Assembly (NCBI GenBank): GCA_009692265.1
Contig: SHZM01000008.1
Location: forward strand, 7,991-71,990
Reading direction: 5' to 3'
From: Gammaproteobacteria bacterium
GTDB taxonomy: Bacteria; Pseudomonadota; Gammaproteobacteria; Ga0077536
Length of the DNA stretch: 64,000 bases
This document shows, piece after piece, positions 51,635-60,191 of this stretch. Below the pieces are notes generated by a model. It ran no database searches. It was not told where the DNA came from and was given only the letters and a program-made list of their open reading frames with translations. The translations under genes were made by a program, and so were the position numbers. Position 1 is the stretch's first letter, and every line of letters starts with the position of its first letter.

Positions 51635-51776
51635 GGGCACCTCTAAAAATTGTCTTTTTGTCCGATTGCGGCGTTGCGGCACTTCCTGCGATGCTCATTA
51701 ACTTGCTGTGTTAACTGCGCTTCTCGGAAGCACCGCGCCTTGCACTCGAACAAAAATCCTAATTTTTAGAGGTGCC
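51635..51776. repeat. MITE-like noncoding element bounded by 17-bp inverted repeats GGGCACCTCTAAAAATT / AATTTTTAGAGGTGCC
   Basis: Seen directly. A third copy of the motif, AATTTTTAGAGGTACCC, occurs at 61427-61443. Lies between convergent genes. Confidence 0.5.
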
Positions 51777-51826
51777 TAATATCGGTGGTGACAGGCTTGG
51801 TGCTCCCGCCGACTTCGATTTCGCGC

Positions 51827-52417
51827 CTACGTCCTGGATTTTCGCATACCGACTAACCCGGCAAGTGCTGGCAGCATCAGCCACACTGCGGCTGGTAGCG
51901 GCACCGGTGCCAATAACGTGCGAATTTCCCCGGCGGCGGCAGCGCTGGTGTGAATATTCAGATAGGCTTTCATGGCATCCAATCCGAGAACCAAGGCATT
52001 TGTCGCGCTGGTTGGTGTCCCCCCATTGGCGGTCACGAAGGCGGCATTGAAGGAACTGGCCAACGAAAGGTCGAATGTCCGATCAAAAACACCGGCTTGG
52101 ACACCCAACGGAAAGGCGAATGTCGGTACGACGGGGGCCACCCCGGCATTGCCGCTACCGGCCACCAACGTACAGCAATGAATGTGCGAGGCCGTGGTGT
52201 TGCCGGTCAACCCGCTGAAATTGAATTCGACCCGCATGGTTGGGATCGGACCAGAATCAAGATCTATGGTTACCCGCGCCGTTCCTGTCCCGAGTGAAGC
52301 AACGCCATCCAAGGGCGATTCGTCGTGAAAAATACCTTAATAAATCTGCATGTGGGCGAATGCGGGTTGGCTCAGCATCAGCGCGGCTGCGCTTGCAATC
52401 AATGCTACTGATTTCAT
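51827..52417 (-). CDS. CHRD-domain protein with PEP-CTERM anchor; signal peptide separated from the mature domain by an in-frame TAA (52339-52337)
   Basis: The ORF track shows 51827-52312 (TTG start, no signal peptide). Upstream in the same frame the sequence reads ATG(52417) MKSVALIASAAALMLSQPAFAHMQIY-TAA-GIFHDESPLDGVASLG…, then the CHRD HIH motif, and ends VPLPAAVWLMLPALAGLVGMRKSR. Confidence 0.6.
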
Positions 52418-52446
52418 GAGGGGTTAGTCCTTAGGTTGTTGCAAGA

Positions 52447-53283
52447 TCAAGACTGGTTTCTTCCCGAAGTTAAATCACAGCGGCGGCGTGCGCGCACGCC
52501 AACGAGTACAACGCCGCTCCCGAGTAACCAAAAGGCGGCTGGCAACGGCACAGCCGTGATGTTATCTATCCCGAGTTCAGCCACGATTGAAGGCCCAGGG
52601 GATGCCGGGCTGGAATTGTGGAAAATTCGCAGAGTATCCACGCTCTCAAGCGCGCCATTTACTGAGCCGATCGTGGCTGACAAATCCAGTAGAGAGAATT
52701 CAATCGAGTGCCAGAGATTGTCTGCATCGATGGTGATTCCGTTAGTCGAAATCGCGAAATTATTGATTAATGCGCTGTTTGGTTGAGTAAAGTCCACGAA
52801 TCCAAGCCGCAGTGACAGTGTCGACGCCCCGGCGTTTCTGACATCCATCGTGATGAGGGTAATTCCGGCTTCCGCGTAATTGCCGGCCCATTGGCCGAGT
52901 AAATTAAAAGCCGTGAGTTTCCCGCCCGAGCCTGTGCCCGATGACGTCAGCCGCAAAAACGCATCGTTAACTCCGTTGGGCCCATCGGTTGCGACATTGG
53001 TTGGTGGATTGGGATTGAATCCGTTGCCGACCGTCCAGCCCTGAGTAGTGCCGTCTTCAAAATCGTCAATTTGACCGATAGTTAGTCCAGACGCGTTGCT
53101 TAGGCAGAGAGCTCCGGCGAGAAATAGGAGGGCTTTAGTCAGTACGCGTTTGGCAATTGGCGCGGGGATTGGATCAGCTACTATTCCCGCCTCAACGGCG
53201 CCACCGAGCGCTAAATGCGCGGCAGACAACCGGGCAGCTGCCCGGCGTCGAGGCGCAGGCAGCGCACAAGAGTCAGTAAGCAT
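52447..53283 (-). CDS. secreted PEP-CTERM protein
   Basis: C-terminal AVPLPAAFWLLGSGVVLVGVRARRR. Internal hydrophobic signal-like segment. The true start may be downstream of ATG 53283. Confidence 0.65.
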   Translation of the reverse strand: MLTDSCALPAPRRRAAARLSAAHLALGGAVEAGIVADPIPAPIAKRVLTKALLFLAGALCLSNASGLTIGQIDDFEDGTTQGWTVGNGFNPNPPTNVATDGPNGVNDAFLRLTSSGTGSGGKLTAFNLLGQWAGNYAEAGITLITMDVRNAGASTLSLRLGFVDFTQPNSALINNFAISTNGITIDADNLWHSIEFSLLDLSATIGSVNGALESVDTLRIFHNSSPASPGPSIVAELGIDNITAVPLPAAFWLLGSGVVLVGVRARRRCDLTSGRNQS

Positions 53284-53506
53284 TGTGATTCCCTCCGCTA
53301 TTCGATTCCCGCGGGCATTATCAGCCGTACACGGTTTTTTATAGCGGGTGCTGGCGTTCGCACGAAAGGTTCAAAGATTTTTCATTCCGGCGCGAAAGTT
53401 GCCGGAAGCCGGTTCGCGCCGCGTTCAGCTTGACGCCTCTCATCCCCGGCGACACACTCAGCACGCCCACCTCGCATTTCGCGAACAGTTACCGGAGGTC
53501 ATGAAT

Positions 53507-54157
53507 ATGATTAAGTTATATGGGTTTTCTGTCAGCAATTACTACAACATGGCGAAGTTGACGCTCGAAGAAAAAGGCATTGCGTATCAAGAAATTTCTA
53601 CGACGCCGAGCCAGGAAAACGACTATAAGGCCAAGAGCCCGATGGGCAAGGTGCCTTGCATAGAAACAGATAAGGGCTTTATTTCCGAGACCGCGGCCAT
53701 TGTCGATTTTCTTGAAGACCTGCAACCGTCGCCGCGCTTCTATCCCGCCGATCCGTTTGCGCGCGCTAAGACCCGCGAAATCATGCGGATCACCGAGCTA
53801 TATATCGAACTCGCCGCACGCCGTCACTTCCCGCACGTGTTTTTTGGCGGACCCAAGAGCGAAGCGGCGGTGGAAGAAGTGAAGCCAGTAATGGAACGCG
53901 GTGTCGAGGCGCTAAAACAACTCGTGAGTGGCAAGCCGTTTTTGTGTGGCGCTGACATGACATACGCTGATATCTATGCTTATTACTCCTTCCCCTACGC
54001 GAACATGGTGACTCAGAAGCTCTACAACTGGGACATCGTGGCCGCGGTGCCAGGTTTGGCAGCTGCCCTGGCGGCCGTAGGCTCGCGTGCAACGGCGAAG
54101 AAAGTGGATGCCGATCAGCAGGTGGCGATGGCTGCTTTCGCGGCGCAGAACAAGTAG
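53507..54157 (+). CDS. glutathione S-transferase
   Basis: MIKLYGFSVSNYYNMAKL… thioredoxin-like N-domain plus helical C-domain. Second ATG chosen because of GGAGG spacing. Confidence 0.8.
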   Translation: MIKLYGFSVSNYYNMAKLTLEEKGIAYQEISTTPSQENDYKAKSPMGKVPCIETDKGFISETAAIVDFLEDLQPSPRFYPADPFARAKTREIMRITELYIELAARRHFPHVFFGGPKSEAAVEEVKPVMERGVEALKQLVSGKPFLCGADMTYADIYAYYSFPYANMVTQKLYNWDIVAAVPGLAAALAAVGSRATAKKVDADQQVAMAAFAAQNK

Positions 54158-54166
54158 TCGATACGA

Positions 54167-54197
54167 CGCTCCCGGTTTAGCGATCTAACCGGGAGCG
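54167..54197 (+). terminator. candidate terminator hairpin CGCTCCCGGTT…AACCGGGAGCG after the GST gene
   Basis: 11-bp perfect stem seen 10 nt after the stop at 54157. No T-tract. Confidence 0.35.
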
Positions 54198-54228
54198 CCA
54201 CCCCTAGGCCGCAGCGAGGAGGCAATCG

Positions 54229-54498
54229 ATGCGCACGATCTTTGTACTAATCAAAACCGCGTTGGGCAAAACGTACGACGTGGCCAATGCCTTGACAGAC
54301 GAGGGGAAACCGCATCTCCCGGAGATTTATTCGATCAGCGGGAAGTACGATTTAATCGCAAAATATCACCTGCCGGCCGATATCGATGTCGGCCATTTCA
54401 TCAACGAAGATCTGCACCGGGTGCCGCACATCGTCGATACCTACACCATGGTCGCGTTTCGACCGTTCTCAAAGGACACGCTGCAAGATTTAGAGTAG
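54229..54498 (+). CDS. stand-alone Lrp/AsnC C-terminal ligand-binding (RAM) domain protein
   Basis: 89 aa with the fold signature of the AsnC-type regulatory domain (…LIKT…YDLIAKYHL…) and no HTH. Confidence 0.5.
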   Translation: MRTIFVLIKTALGKTYDVANALTDEGKPHLPEIYSISGKYDLIAKYHLPADIDVGHFINEDLHRVPHIVDTYTMVAFRPFSKDTLQDLE

Positions 54499-54503
54499 CG
54501 CCC

Positions 54504-54689
54504 TCAACGCGACTCAACCTTCGTCACGCCACACCGCGAACAGCGATAGATGGTGACGAGTTTGCCCTGCTTGACATCGAACTGTTTGTCGTTCCATACC
54601 ACCCACTTATGAAAACCTTCGCGGCAAAGCGTCTTGCCACGTGACTTGTCGGAGCTGGATTTTATTCGAAACTGTAGGATGTCACCCAT
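54504..54689 (-). CDS. small Cys-rich (zinc-ribbon-like) hypothetical protein
   Basis: 61 aa from ATG 54689 with C…H…CSRCG. Starts 5 nt after the PhyH-family stop. Confidence 0.3.
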   Translation of the reverse strand: MGDILQFRIKSSSDKSRGKTLCREGFHKWVVWNDKQFDVKQGKLVTIYRCSRCGVTKVESR

Positions 54690-54694
54690 CGCGA

Positions 54695-55537
54695 TCACCA
54701 ATGCGTGTGGCCGGTGACGAAATCATTCTTACCGCAACGATCGCTACCACGGAGTAACCATATCGGGCGCTGGGCGAACTCTATCGGTGCCAGACTCGAG
54801 ACGGCGGCGCGCGTCTGCGTTCGATCGTAATGCGCGGTCGCCGGCATGTAGCGAACGGCATAGCCGGCGCGACGCTGGCTAGAGCGATTCGGTGCGGAAC
54901 CGTGCACGAGATTCACGTCGTGTAACGAAATCTGGCCAGGTTCAAGTTCGATATTAAACACACTCGATAGATCCAAGCGCGGATCGTTGAGCACGTTGTT
55001 GAGTACGAGATCCTCGCGCGTGCTCACCTCGTGGCTGAAATCGCCTAAGCGGTGCGAGCCCGGAATCACCCGCATGCAACCGTTATCGACAGTCACGTGA
55101 TCCAAGGCGATCCAGACCGTTACCGTGGCACGCGGGATGATCGGCCAGTACTGACCGTCTTGGTGCCAGGGGACTTCCAAGCCGCTCGCCGCCGGCTTAC
55201 AGAACATCGCTGATGCCCACAGAATAATATCGGAGCGAAGGATCTGCTCGATCACATCGAGTATTTGTGAGTCGGTCACGAAGTCAAAGAACTCGCGCGC
55301 GAGTTCAAGGGTGTGCGGATTATCGTCCCACGGAACGTGCGGGAGGGCGATGAAATCAGGCCGTATGTCGGCCCGAGCAACTAGCAATCGGGTGAGTAGC
55401 GCGCGAAGCGTTACCAGTCGCTCGTTTGGCAAGCGCCATCGGGGCGTGAGCTGGCCGCGCAGGGCATAGCGCGCAAGTTCTTCCGAAGATAAGGCTGTGT
55501 GGACGCCGTTGCGTTCAGCTTGCATTTTCATTCCCAA
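54695..55537 (-). CDS. phytanoyl-CoA dioxygenase (PhyH) family Fe(II)/2-oxoglutarate oxygenase
   Basis: PWHQDGQYW…HxD…VIPGSHRLG facial-triad context. Confidence 0.75.
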   Translation of the reverse strand: MGMKMQAERNGVHTALSSEELARYALRGQLTPRWRLPNERLVTLRALLTRLLVARADIRPDFIALPHVPWDDNPHTLELAREFFDFVTDSQILDVIEQILRSDIILWASAMFCKPAASGLEVPWHQDGQYWPIIPRATVTVWIALDHVTVDNGCMRVIPGSHRLGDFSHEVSTREDLVLNNVLNDPRLDLSSVFNIELEPGQISLHDVNLVHGSAPNRSSQRRAGYAVRYMPATAHYDRTQTRAAVSSLAPIEFAQRPIWLLRGSDRCGKNDFVTGHTHW

Positions 55538-55554
55538 GTCAGCCGTCTTAGCGT

Positions 55555-55586
55555 AGCTGACGTCAGCGTGCGTCAGCGTGCGTCAG
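55555..55586. repeat. 12-bp perfect palindrome GCTGACGTCAGC followed by two tandem GTGCGTCAGC repeats in the divergent phyH-like/nrdJ promoter region
   Basis: Seen directly in sequence. Confidence 0.5.
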
Positions 55587-55679
55587 CGGAGGCCTCGCGG
55601 TCAAGGACCAGCACCCTGCTGGGGCGACGCAGGGCTCGCAATCATGTTCGCGAGGCGTCCGCTGCGCTACCCTTAGGGA

Positions 55680-57833
55680 ATGCAAGCAGTACCTTCCAAA
55701 CGCGGTCTTAAGCCCTCCGTCGACATTTTACTCCAGCCAGCGGCCTATGACATTTGGGATCAGAAGTACCGGCTTCGTGATGCGGGGGGCGAGCCCGTGG
55801 AAGCCAGCGTCGAGGAAACCTATCGACGCATCGCGCTCGCGCTCGCGGCGGTTGAAGCTACCGATAATTTGCGCCGCACCTGGGCCGAACGCTTCGAATG
55901 GGCGTTGAAGAACGGCGCCATTCCGGCTGGTCGTATAGTCGCGAATGTCGGTGCGCAGGCGCATAAGCCTGCGACTTCCACGATTAACTGCACGGTGTCC
56001 GGGACCATCCGGGACTCAATGGACGATATTCTCGGCAAGCTGCATGAAGCGGGTCTCACGCTTAAAGCAGGTGCAGGGATTGGCTACGAATTTTCAACCC
56101 TGCGACCACGCGGCGCGTATGTCGCGGGTGCCGGAGCGCATACCTCCGGTCCTCTCTCGTTCATGGATATTTACGATCGGATGTGCTTCACGGTTGCCTC
56201 GGCCGGTGGGCGCCGCGGCGCGCAGATGGCGACGTTTGATGTGGGTCATCCGGATGTCATGGCCGCGATCAGGGTCAAGCGCGAGGCAGGTCGCCTGCGT
56301 CAATTTAATTTGTCCTTATTGATCACACGCGAGTTCATGGCGGCGGTGAAGGCCGATACGCCGTGGGCGCTGGCTTTCCCGGTGAGCAGGACCGAGCTTG
56401 CGGCGACCGACCTCGATCTCAACGATCCCGAACAGGTGGTGTGGCGTCATTGGCCGCTTACCGACGACTACTGCGTCAACTCGGATGGCGACGTGGCCTG
56501 TCGAATCCAGCGCCGCCTGCCGGCCTGCGAGGTCTGGGACACCATCATGCGCTCGACGTACGATTTCGCCGAACCGGGATTTATCTTGATCGATCGCTAC
56601 AACGAGATGAACAACAATTGGTTCTGCGAGGACATTCGCGCGACCAACCCGTGCGGCGAGCAAGGTCTTCCTCCCTACGGTGCCTGCCTGTTGGGCTCGG
56701 TGAACCTCACCCGTTTCGTGCGCGATCCGTTTAGTGCCTCGGCGCATTTTGAGTGGGACGAATATCGTGACGTAGTCTCGGTGTTCACACGGCTGCTCGA
56801 CAACGTAGTAGAGGTGAACGGTCTGCCACTGGCGCGGCAGCGCGAGGAATTGCTGCGCAAACGCCGCCACGGCATGGGCTTTTTGGGGCTCGGCTCGGCC
56901 CTTGCGATGCTGAAGATCCCGTATGGCACGCCCGCTGCGGTGCAATTTAGTGAAGACGTTGCGCGCGAACTTGCAGTGACCGGATGGAAGGTCGGGCTCG
57001 CGCTTGCTGAAGAAAAAGGGCCTGCACCGATCATGCAGGAGCTGTTCACCATCACGCGGGCGCATCTCAAGGCGAGACCGGAGCTGCTAGACGCCGGATA
57101 TTCCGTCGGTGATCAAGTTCCCGGCCGGATTCTCCATGCGCGCTTTAGTCGATACATGCAAAAACTGGCAGGGATAGAACCCGGGTTGGTGGAACGCTTG
57201 GCGGAAGTCGGTGCGCGTTACACGCACCATTCATCGATCGCGCCAACTGGAACAATCGCACTTTCGCTCGGCAACAATGTCAGCAACGGCATCGAGCCCA
57301 GCTTCGCGCACCGTTACGTGCGCAACGTTATTCAGGCGGGCAAAAAGTCCAAGGAGCAGGTTGAAGTCGTGTCTTTCGAAGTCCTCGCGTATCGCGAATT
57401 CCTGCGCGGCAAGGGCTTGAGTGAAGACGATGTCGTCAATGCCGCGTTACCGGACTATTTCAGCAGTACCGACGACGTCTCGCCGACGCAGCACGTGGAT
57501 ATGCAAGCCGCGGCGCAGCGCTGGATCGATTCTTCAATCTCCAAGACTGTTAATGTTCCGGCGAATATCGACTTCGACGCTTTCAAAGACATCTACCTTT
57601 ATGCGTACGACCAGGGCTTGAAAGGATGCACCACGTTTCGCTTCAACCCTACGGCGTTTCAAGGGGTGCTGGTAAAGAGCACGGATCTCGCCAATACCGT
57701 GTACCGTTTTACCCTGGCCGACGGTTCAGCCCTTGAAGTGCGGGGCGACGAAGAGATCGAGTACGAAGGCGAGTTACACAACGCCGCGAATTTATACGAC
57801 GCCTTAAAGGAAGGGTATTACGGAGCCTACTGA
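55680..57833 (+). CDS. nrdJa: class II (adenosylcobalamin-dependent) ribonucleotide reductase, large N-terminal part of split NrdJ
   Basis: 717 aa. NPCGEQGLPPYGACLLGSVNL active-site region. Stop immediately followed by the nrdJb ATG. Confidence 0.85.
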   Translation: MQAVPSKRGLKPSVDILLQPAAYDIWDQKYRLRDAGGEPVEASVEETYRRIALALAAVEATDNLRRTWAERFEWALKNGAIPAGRIVANVGAQAHKPATSTINCTVSGTIRDSMDDILGKLHEAGLTLKAGAGIGYEFSTLRPRGAYVAGAGAHTSGPLSFMDIYDRMCFTVASAGGRRGAQMATFDVGHPDVMAAIRVKREAGRLRQFNLSLLITREFMAAVKADTPWALAFPVSRTELAATDLDLNDPEQVVWRHWPLTDDYCVNSDGDVACRIQRRLPACEVWDTIMRSTYDFAEPGFILIDRYNEMNNNWFCEDIRATNPCGEQGLPPYGACLLGSVNLTRFVRDPFSASAHFEWDEYRDVVSVFTRLLDNVVEVNGLPLARQREELLRKRRHGMGFLGLGSALAMLKIPYGTPAAVQFSEDVARELAVTGWKVGLALAEEKGPAPIMQELFTITRAHLKARPELLDAGYSVGDQVPGRILHARFSRYMQKLAGIEPGLVERLAEVGARYTHHSSIAPTGTIALSLGNNVSNGIEPSFAHRYVRNVIQAGKKSKEQVEVVSFEVLAYREFLRGKGLSEDDVVNAALPDYFSSTDDVSPTQHVDMQAAAQRWIDSSISKTVNVPANIDFDAFKDIYLYAYDQGLKGCTTFRFNPTAFQGVLVKSTDLANTVYRFTLADGSALEVRGDEEIEYEGELHNAANLYDALKEGYYGAY

Positions 57834-57835
57834 GC

Positions 57836-58498
57836 ATGACGATTAAGATTGACCAAAAGATCATCGGCCTTGAAGTTTTGAACACGAGTTCTGCGAGTAG
57901 CAGTGCTGAAATTATTCACATGCATGAAAAGGTTGAGCGGCCCGACATGCTGGTGGGGGCAACGTACAAGTTGAAAACGCCGCTGTCCGAACACGCCCTC
58001 TACGTGACGATCAATGATATCGTCCTCAACGCCGGTACAACGCATGAACTGCGCCGACCATTCGAGGTATTCATCAATTCGAAGAACATGGATCATTTCC
58101 AGTGGATAGTGGCGCTCACCCGCATCGTTTCGGCGGTCTTTCGCAAAGGCGGACATGTTACTTTCCTGGTTGACGAATTACGCAGCGTATTCGATCCGCG
58201 CGGTGGCTATTTTAAAAAGGGTGGCAAGTACATGCCTTCGCTGGTCGCCGAAATTGGCGACGTGATCGAAGCGCATCTGCGTTCGATTGGGATGATCGAG
58301 TCGCTCATGGATCCGGCACGCGAGGCCCAAATCGAAGCAAGCCGTGCGGCCTACGCGGCTAAGAATCCGAGTGGCGCGGTGCCGCCAGGGAATTTTCCAA
58401 GCAGCGCCGCGCTGTGCAACCGGTGTCAGACCAAAGCAGTAGTCGCGCTGGATAATTGCATGACCTGCCTGAACTGCGGCGATTCGAAATGTGGCTAA
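57836..58498 (+). CDS. nrdJb: class II ribonucleotide reductase C-terminal part (split NrdJ)
   Basis: 220 aa ending in the zinc ribbon CNRCQTK…CMTCLNCGDSKCG. The split arrangement is as described for Pseudomonas NrdJa/NrdJb. Confidence 0.8.
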   Translation: MTIKIDQKIIGLEVLNTSSASSSAEIIHMHEKVERPDMLVGATYKLKTPLSEHALYVTINDIVLNAGTTHELRRPFEVFINSKNMDHFQWIVALTRIVSAVFRKGGHVTFLVDELRSVFDPRGGYFKKGGKYMPSLVAEIGDVIEAHLRSIGMIESLMDPAREAQIEASRAAYAAKNPSGAVPPGNFPSSAALCNRCQTKAVVALDNCMTCLNCGDSKCG

Positions 58499-58890
58499 GC
58501 GCGTTGCACGAACTCGACCACGTTGCCATCGGGATCTCGGACCATTGCGATCGTCACGCCGGGCATTAATTCCTGTTTCGGCATTTCGAACGTTACCCCA
58601 GCCTTCTCGCAGGCCGCGCAAACTTCATCAATATTGCTAATCTGAAACGTTAAATAGCGAAAGCCGAGCGCTTTAGTCAAGCCTAGCTCGCCCGCGGGCG
58701 GGATCTTCTTCGGGTCAATTAACTTCACGAAACTCTCGCCAAAGCCAAGTCGGTGCATGTGACCGAACGGGATCGGAAGTTCCCCGATTTTCTTTAGTCC
58801 CAATAAATCTTGATAGAACGCCAGGCTGTTCTGAATGTCGTTGACCAGAATGCCGATGTCGACGCAGGTTTTCGCGGGAATCATGCCCAT
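58495..58890 (-). CDS. VOC (glyoxalase/bleomycin-resistance/dioxygenase) family protein
   Basis: 131-aa paired beta-alpha-beta-beta-beta VOC fold. Confidence 0.75.
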   Translation of the reverse strand: MGMIPAKTCVDIGILVNDIQNSLAFYQDLLGLKKIGELPIPFGHMHRLGFGESFVKLIDPKKIPPAGELGLTKALGFRYLTFQISNIDEVCAACEKAGVTFEMPKQELMPGVTIAMVRDPDGNVVEFVQRA

Positions 58891-58904
58891 GAGTAAATCT
58901 CCGG

Positions 58905-60092
58905 TTAGGGTCTAAGGTTAAGAACTCGATCGTAAGCTGCCGCGTAGCTTGCGACCATGGCGCCGAGGCTAAAGCGCTCAAGTGCCCGCCGGCGAGCCGC
59001 GTGGCCGTGCGCGACCCGCAACACAGGATCTAAAAGATAATCCTTGATCAAGGCGCTGAGTTGAAGGTAATCCTGCGGCGCGAAATGACGACCGCTTGCC
59101 CCGTCAGCCACCAGCTCGACATTGCCGCCGACGTTCGTCACTAAGGTTGGGAGCCCGGTCGCCATTGCCTCCAGGATTGTGTTTGAGATCCCCTCATTTA
59201 GCGAGGGGAGTACGAAAATGTCGAGCGCTTGCAGAATTTCGGGAACGTTGTCGCAAGCACCGGGAAACCAAACCTGGTTCCCGATGTTGAGCGTGGTCGC
59301 AAGCGCCTGCAGCTCGTCAAGCTGGGGACCATCACCGGCAATGAGCAAGCGCAGTCGGCTACGGTGCTCCGGCAGCATGGTGCATAGATGCGCAAAGGCC
59401 CGCAGCAAATTCGCTTGGTCCTTCACAGCCTGGAGGCGGCCTACGGTGCCGATCCGGAACAACGCGGGATCACTAAAATTTTCGGGTAACCACGCGCCGC
59501 CACGGTTCGCGGTGGGCGCGAAGCGCTCGGTGTCCACGCCATTATAAATTTGGGTGATCCGCGCCACGGAAATTCCCACTGTGTCCGACAGATATTCCGC
59601 GAGATGTTTTGACACCGTGATGTAACCCGTGACCAGCGGGCTATGTAATCGGCGCAAGACTCGGGGCTTCCAGTGTTGCCCATCGAGATTATCGACATCC
59701 CACCCATGTTCGCTATGCAACGTCTTGACGCCGGCAAGGCGCGCCGGCAGCAAGGAATCCAGGCCAGACTGATTTCGAGTATGGACGAGCGCCGGCTTAA
59801 GCTCGCGAATTAATCGATACAGTGCTGGTCGCAAAGCCCACACCCCGGTCATCGAGCGGTGCATTGCGAAGACTTCGACGTCGCGACGATTGAGCCGTTC
59901 CCGAAAGTGAGTAAAGTCTTCGATACAGGCGATCGCATGTCGGTAACAGGTTGCCGGCAAGGTGTTAATCAAGTTCACCAACCCATTTTCCATCCCGCCC
60001 ATTTGCAGATGATGGATCACATGTAAAACAAGTGGAGGTGGGGTGCTAATGGTCACCCGAGGGATGGTATAACGGAGGGCGAGATCTCCCAA
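58905..60092 (-). CDS. GT4 family glycosyltransferase (resembles the PEP-CTERM/exosortase-associated sugar transferase subtype)
   Basis: N-terminal LHVIHHLQMGGMENGLVNLIN and C-terminal GT4 E-x7-E region. Subtype assignment from memory of TIGR03088, low certainty. Confidence 0.7.
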   Translation of the reverse strand: MGDLALRYTIPRVTISTPPPLVLHVIHHLQMGGMENGLVNLINTLPATCYRHAIACIEDFTHFRERLNRRDVEVFAMHRSMTGVWALRPALYRLIRELKPALVHTRNQSGLDSLLPARLAGVKTLHSEHGWDVDNLDGQHWKPRVLRRLHSPLVTGYITVSKHLAEYLSDTVGISVARITQIYNGVDTERFAPTANRGGAWLPENFSDPALFRIGTVGRLQAVKDQANLLRAFAHLCTMLPEHRSRLRLLIAGDGPQLDELQALATTLNIGNQVWFPGACDNVPEILQALDIFVLPSLNEGISNTILEAMATGLPTLVTNVGGNVELVADGASGRHFAPQDYLQLSALIKDYLLDPVLRVAHGHAARRRALERFSLGAMVASYAAAYDRVLNLRP

Positions 60093-60191
60093 GCGAGACG
60101 CTTGCGTGTCCGCGTAGCGCCCGTGTATGGTTGGCTAGACTTGCACGAAAGGTTGACGATAAACGTTCAAAGAATGCACAGGAGTGGGCAG

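Noticed and set aside
17555-52417. Selenocysteine or alternative genetic code as an explanation for the in-frame TGA codons
   Set aside because: The window's obvious selenoprotein candidates (glutathione peroxidase, PrdB/GrdB homolog) carry Cys. No SECIS-like hairpin follows either TGA. The third case is TAA. Many neighbouring genes terminate at TGA in ATGA start-stop overlaps, so UGA is a normal stop here.
55555-55586. CRISPR array
   Set aside because: Only three 10-bp tandem units without spacers. No CRISPR-like repeat-spacer periodicity anywhere in the window.
55537-55680. Cobalamin riboswitch or NrdR box upstream of nrdJa
   Set aside because: No B12-box-like conserved core and no 16-bp NrdR-type palindrome pair were seen. 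Only the GCTGACGTCAGC palindrome and tandem repeats were found, and these are reported separately.
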